Shown: positions 59,575-64,000 of the stretch, in pieces
How the letters are laid out: every line of letters starts with the position of its first letter
How positions within the stretch are numbered: position 1 is the stretch's first letter
Assembly (NCBI GenBank): GCA_040385915.1
Contig: JAZKGK010000025.1
Span: 1,038-65,037 of the forward strand
Length of the DNA: 64,000 nt
Reading direction: 5' to 3'
Origin: Bacteroidota bacterium
Lineage (GTDB): Bacteria > Bacteroidota > Bacteroidia > Cytophagales > ES-bin-26
Position numbers and translations under genes: made by a program
Notes under the pieces: generated by a model
What the model was told of the DNA's origin: nothing
The model's input: only the letters and a program-made list of their open reading frames with translations
Databases searched by the model: none

Positions 59575-60993
59575 TCAATCTACTTCCTGAAACTGCTCAT
59601 CTCCACACATCCGTACAATTTTTGGCATAAAAGACCCCAGCACTTCTACCAGCTCCTGCTGATCGGCCATCACCTGATGGATATTTTTATACGCCATCGG
59701 GGCTTCATCCAACCCAGAACCAATTAACTCGACGCCTGCCTTTTTCAATTGTTCAGACACCTGCTTGGGAGACAGCGTTTGCTTGGCTTTGGTTCTGGAC
59801 ATAAGCCGACCGGCACCGTGCGAAGCCGAGTTGAGGGAATCGGCCAAGCCCTTTCCTCTGACAATAAACCCAGGGGTAGCCATGGAGCCCGGGATAATGC
59901 CCAAAACGCCCAGTCCGGCAGGAGTAGCGCCTTTCCTATGGACAATCACCTCATTACCAAAAGCATCTTTCTCTTTCCAGGCGAAATTATGGTGGTTTTC
60001 AATCATAGCCACGGGCGTTGTTCTCAAACCGAGCGAGAGTCGTTCGTGAATCTGGTGATGGCAGGCAGAAGCATAATCGCCAGCCAAATTCATAGCCAGC
60101 CAATATTCCTGTCCCGCATTTGAATCCAGATCCAACCAGGCTAAATGCTTGGCTTCAGGCGGAAGTTTACACCCTTCCATGGCTATTTTGGTATAATGAC
60201 CCGCAATGGTAGCGCCCAATCCCCGCGACCCAGAATGAGAAAGCACGGCCAGGTATTGTCCTGGAGCCAGGTTGAATTCATTGACCGGCGTTAGCAGCTC
60301 AACGATACCAAACTCCACGAAATGGTTTCCACCTCCCGAAGTTCCTATTTGTGCAAAAGCCCGGTCTTTTAGCTCTCTCATAACTTTGATATCCCGAAAT
60401 TCGGTTCTTTGGAAGATGGCGTGGTCTTGGGATTTTTTAAAACTAGCCCTCCCAAAACGGGTATTATCAATCAGCAGCTTCTTACATTCTTCCTTCTTTT
60501 CAGTCAGCAGCTTGACCGGCAACTCGTACAGCGTCATACACATCCGGCAACCGATATCAACCCCTACGCCATAAGGAATAACCACATTTCTGGTAGCCAA
60601 TACCCCACCTATCGGCAAACCGTACCCTTGGTGAGCATCCGGCATCAGCGCCCCCGCAACCGTAACGGGTAACTTCATGGCAGTCCGCATCTGATTCAAA
60701 GCCCCTTCTTCAATTCCTTCGGCACCATAGATTTGGAAAGCTGGCTCTCCTTCTACCAAACTAATGATGTCCGATTTATTCAAAAGCGCCTCAACAACAG
60801 GCTGTAATGCGACTACTTCTCTATTTACATTTGCCTCCATATCTGATAGCATTGAGGTGAGAATAGCCAGCTTCTGTGCCCGGTTATGATCTGCGAAGGC
60901 ATTTTCCATAACTGCTAAAGCAATGCCTACAGCCTTTCCTTCTGGAAATCCGATTTCGATCAAATCTTTCCCGGTTAATTTTACTTGTTCCAT
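59575..60993 (-). CDS. rtcB: RtcB family RNA 3'-phosphate/5'-OH ligase
   Basis: MPDAHQGYGLPIGG, GVDIGC, GGGNHFVE, HSGSRG, HHN, HRKGAT, SHGAGR and DEAPMAYK. Confidence 0.95.
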   Translation of the reverse strand: MEQVKLTGKDLIEIGFPEGKAVGIALAVMENAFADHNRAQKLAILTSMLSDMEANVNREVVALQPVVEALLNKSDIISLVEGEPAFQIYGAEGIEEGALNQMRTAMKLPVTVAGALMPDAHQGYGLPIGGVLATRNVVIPYGVGVDIGCRMCMTLYELPVKLLTEKKEECKKLLIDNTRFGRASFKKSQDHAIFQRTEFRDIKVMRELKDRAFAQIGTSGGGNHFVEFGIVELLTPVNEFNLAPGQYLAVLSHSGSRGLGATIAGHYTKIAMEGCKLPPEAKHLAWLDLDSNAGQEYWLAMNLAGDYASACHHQIHERLSLGLRTTPVAMIENHHNFAWKEKDAFGNEVIVHRKGATPAGLGVLGIIPGSMATPGFIVRGKGLADSLNSASHGAGRLMSRTKAKQTLSPKQVSEQLKKAGVELIGSGLDEAPMAYKNIHQVMADQQELVEVLGSFMPKIVRMCGDEQFQEVD

Positions 60994-61044
60994 ATAGTGA
61001 ATGGTTATACTTTAATTAATCAACAGGACAAAGTTGCCAGCCTC

Positions 61045-61065
61045 CTGCGCAATCTTTTTGCGTAG
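61045..61065. promoter_or_regulatory. Near-palindromic operator upstream of rtcB
   Basis: CTGCGCAA-TCTTT-TTGCGTAG, just upstream of a -7-like CAACTTTG (minus strand, 61029-61036). Confidence 0.6.
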
Positions 61066-61279
61066 AGAAATTTATTTCTATTTTTTTGAAAAACAGCTAG
61101 CACTGATTCCTCAGGCATGGGAAGAAGTAGATGACTTGATAGTAGAATTTCCAGAAAGTAAGCATGCGCTGGTACTGACCAGTTGGAGTGGCGTCAGTGG
61201 AACTTCATTGACAGCACTGATGGGGGAATTTGCTCAGCTGCTTATTTATGGACAGGAGATTAGAAAGCAGTTACCTAAA

Positions 61280-61624
61280 CTAATTACTTGTTTGGAAGGA
61301 AACGAGGTGAATAATCTTCCCTTGTTTACGGGCATAACTCAAGGCCTGAGCGGTTCCTCTACTTTTGCCATCCCAAAAGGCAATGATCTGTTCTGCTTGG
61401 TCAATCATTGTTTCATGGCGTATCTTTTGAACTTGCCTTTCGGTAAATCCATTCCCTTCTACCATTCTTCTGGGTAAATTATTTTCTGCGGCATACCAGA
61501 CACCCAATGCTTCGGCACCTTTGGCATCTCCACAAATAACTTCTGAGATTTGGTATTGGCTCAACACCTTGCTTAGAAGGGGATAATTATTAAAGTTACG
61601 CGATCCGAGAATAGCCGTAATCAT
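61280..61624 (-). CDS. SLOG superfamily protein (YspA/DUF2493-like)
   Basis: ILGSRNF, VICGDAKGAE, IAFWDGKSRGT...A...G. Confidence 0.85.
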   Translation of the reverse strand: MITAILGSRNFNNYPLLSKVLSQYQISEVICGDAKGAEALGVWYAAENNLPRRMVEGNGFTERQVQKIRHETMIDQAEQIIAFWDGKSRGTAQALSYARKQGKIIHLVSFQTSN

Positions 61625-61818
61625 AGTGATAGGTGAGTTGATCCTTTCCATTGCACCCACAGTAGTGTAAGTGCCGAAATGCTTTTACGCGTTTAATTAT
61701 TAATCAGTCAGCAATTACAAATTAAATTATGATTATCAACTAAGTAAAAAGAAATTTTTATTCTAATCTTGAAGTTTTATTATCAAAGGAATTCCAAAAT
61801 AGGCAAAAAAAATCACAA

Positions 61819-61849
61819 TAAAAAAAGACGTTTCTCCTGAAAAACATCC
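61819..61849 (-). terminator. Intrinsic terminator (third in the cluster)
   Basis: Minus strand GGATGTTT-loop-AAACGTCT-T6. Confidence 0.5.
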
Positions 61850-61863
61850 CCTAGCGCCAAAAT

Positions 61864-61898
61864 AAAAAGCCTGCCTTCAGATCGAAGGCAGGCTTTTT
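61864..61898. terminator. Bidirectional intrinsic terminator
   Basis: AAAAAGCCTGCCTTC-AGATC-GAAGGCAGGCTTTTT. Confidence 0.75.
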
Positions 61899-61985
61899 AA
61901 AAGCTATCATGCTTGTATTGGCATTCGTAGGCTTGAACTGGCTTCACTCAAGTTACGCTCTTATCCTCGTTAGTTTGAAAAGAGC

Positions 61986-62046
61986 AAAAAAAATCCCCTG
62001 CGAGACGCAAGGGAATTTTTAGCCTAAAACCTAATTCTAAATCCTG
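61986..62046 (-). ncRNA. Candidate ~60-nt small RNA
   Basis: TATCTTTG -7 box at 62050-62057 (minus strand), a short UUAG-rich segment, then terminator TTCCCTTGCG-TCT-CGCAGGGGAT-T8; no ORF. Confidence 0.5.
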
Positions 62047-62281
62047 ATTCAAAGATACCCGATGAATAATCATTCGTATACTCAGATCTGGCTGAAATCT
62101 CACACTTGTATAAATCTGTGCAAAACGGTTTTATCGGGCTTTGAGCGTACGCTCGGATCAAGAAAAACAGATGATCTATGGGCTTTATAACCCACATCCC
62201 CTACAGGTATGAATGTACTTTACGCGACCGCTTTGAAGATCCTGACAGCATAGGAAGAAGATCGGACAAATACCTTAATTA

Positions 62282-63835
62282 TTACTTGCCTGTTTGATTG
62301 GCAGATGAGACAGCAGGGCTTTCGTTTGACTTGCGTTGCTGCTTATTTTTCTGGCGCGGATCATTCACTTCCCACGCACAGCTCTCCAACATCATCCGTC
62401 CTTTAATGGTCTTTTTCTCCGATCCTTCGCTCACCACAAGCGTAGCCGGTCCCTCTACAGTACCCCAGATCTGATTGGGATCGGGCGAGGGGAAGGCAAT
62501 CAACGTTTTAGTTGTGGAAGGATTCAATTTGAGCGCCAAAGAAATGTTCTGATGATGAAAGTGAATTTCTCCGCCCGTTAGTATTTTGGGGTGGTCAGGA
62601 CTGGTTAATGTCCGATTCATTATTTTATACTCTTTCGCTATAAGATGAAAGCCAGACAAGAGTACTTCGTTGCCTTTTTGCAAGTAAATGAATTTGCCTG
62701 GGCTTCCGAAAATATTCCAGCCCTCTGCGACAAAATGATACCAGGTCCAATAGCCTCCTTGCCGCTCTGGGGTGTCGTTCTGGCGGCCTTGCTCATGGTA
62801 CGCTTGTCCCCGAAAGTTACGTTGGTAATTGCCCCAGGTTAATGATCCTGTTACAGTGCCATTGGGTACTTGAGAAACGTAGCTAAAGCGGGGAGATCCT
62901 ACTGGGGCACCGCTAATGACTGTACCAAAAATGCCTGGCATCACTCCCGTGGGAAAGGCTGCGAACGGAGGCCGGGTTGCAGTAATGTCGAATTGGGCTG
63001 CCACTTCGGGAAAGTGAACCCGCACAGCGTATGTCCGATTTTGATCCGATCCGGTCGCCTGAATCCATAACCGGGAGGATATTTCCAAATGATCCGAAGA
63101 CGTTTTCAGTTCCGATTGAGGAATTATTTTGGTAAAGCGTTTTACTTCTCCCTCGCTCGTTATTAAAGACATCATCAGTAGGGAATTTTTTTCGCCATTC
63201 GATCCTTTTTCGCCCCACCAGAGCTGCGGAATAAAGGCCAAAACGACCGTACTGCCATCCTGGAGAAAAAAATCAAAATACCACCACTGCAACTGCACTT
63301 TCGGCTTGGCAAAGTTGTCGGTCTGAAGTCGCTGAAAACGATCTATCTTTTGCCAATCCTGGTACTGAAGAAGCTTGTTAACCAGCCCCTTGGGAACGGC
63401 CAAAGCAGCTATTCTTTTCTTTAAAGACGGTGGAGGAAAAACAAATTGCCCATCCTTTTGCGGAAGGAAATCATCTATTTTCTGAACAAATTGCCGGGGT
63501 AATTTCCCATAATAATGCGGGATAGAAACCTGACTGCCGGGCTCCAATTCCCATTTCAGCAATGGATCTGTTGAAGCGACTTCCAATTGCAGCAAGAGCA
63601 AATCCTTTTCTCCAGCAAAGAAAATGTTAGCCGTCGAGATTACCAGCTCGGGAGTTAAAAGGCGAATGAAGCCAACCTTTGGCAAAGATTCAGGGCAGTA
63701 ACTGGGCTTATCCTCTTCTCGGAACCAATCCCTTTCCTTTACAATAAGAAAAAGCGTTTCGGAGGCAAAAGTCTTGCTGAGGGGAAACGCATGAAGGAAA
63801 ATCAATAAGAGAAAACCAGTCCATTTACTCATCAT
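62282..63835 (-). CDS. Exported fusion: DUF952-like domain + CrtC/lipocalin-like (WWYFD) beta-barrel domain
   Basis: Signal peptide; SL...GFI...TAN.FF.G..DLLLL...LKWE...PH.YG.LP (DUF952 pattern); QWWYFDFFLQDG, GQAYHE and WTWYH (CrtC/AttH-like pattern). Confidence 0.65.
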   Translation of the reverse strand: MMSKWTGFLLLIFLHAFPLSKTFASETLFLIVKERDWFREEDKPSYCPESLPKVGFIRLLTPELVISTANIFFAGEKDLLLLQLEVASTDPLLKWELEPGSQVSIPHYYGKLPRQFVQKIDDFLPQKDGQFVFPPPSLKKRIAALAVPKGLVNKLLQYQDWQKIDRFQRLQTDNFAKPKVQLQWWYFDFFLQDGSTVVLAFIPQLWWGEKGSNGEKNSLLMMSLITSEGEVKRFTKIIPQSELKTSSDHLEISSRLWIQATGSDQNRTYAVRVHFPEVAAQFDITATRPPFAAFPTGVMPGIFGTVISGAPVGSPRFSYVSQVPNGTVTGSLTWGNYQRNFRGQAYHEQGRQNDTPERQGGYWTWYHFVAEGWNIFGSPGKFIYLQKGNEVLLSGFHLIAKEYKIMNRTLTSPDHPKILTGGEIHFHHQNISLALKLNPSTTKTLIAFPSPDPNQIWGTVEGPATLVVSEGSEKKTIKGRMMLESCAWEVNDPRQKNKQQRKSNESPAVSSANQTGK

Positions 63836-64000
63836 TACCTTATTTTTCTGTTCCTATGACAATATAGTTAGCCAATCTACTTCAAGATTAGCCACTTTTT
63901 GCGTAGTAAAGAATATTTCTGCATTTTTCCACAAAATCCTCTACTCATCCACCCATTTACGAATCAGCCAATCTACTTATGCCCGTCAATCGCAATGCCC

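Noticed and set aside
61034-61477. 147-aa plus-strand ORF between rtcB and the SLOG gene
   Set aside because: TTG start inside the rtcB promoter region, antisense overlap with the SLOG gene and no recognisable motif.

Overview
A 64-kb chromosomal segment that looks like Bacteroidota, most likely Cytophagales. Evidence: TAnnTTTG -7 promoter boxes, four T9SS C-terminal-domain proteins, a BlaR1/M56-TonB fusion and a Bacteroidota-type SRP RNA. Contents in order: the end of a GH13 gene; a nitrite-assimilation locus (nirB-nirD, NarX/NarL-like pair, moaCB, divergent cobA); a BlaI plus M56-TonB pair; secreted enzymes and T9SS cargo; a TPR-LuxR membrane regulator; ffs; a four-gene phosphorelay; a CBM48-GH13 enzyme; a ketose-epimerase/Gfo-Idh-MocA/ThuA-propeller-CARDB-cupredoxin operon; ribBA; a LytS/LytTR pair facing a beta-helix T9SS protein; and an rtcB/SLOG/DUF952-fusion end. 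I saw no rRNA, tRNA, CRISPR array, transposase or phage gene. Best leads: (1) a copper-linked rather than heme-linked oxidative sugar operon; (2) a MoaC domain that has lost most catalytic residues; (3) a secreted DUF952-CrtC-like fusion; (4) a promoter-plus-terminator-defined ~60-nt UUAG-rich sRNA candidate among stacked terminators; (5) recurrent 7-8-nt phased intergenic repeat arrays, one of which runs into nirD. All family assignments come from motif recognition by eye; no database searches were run.
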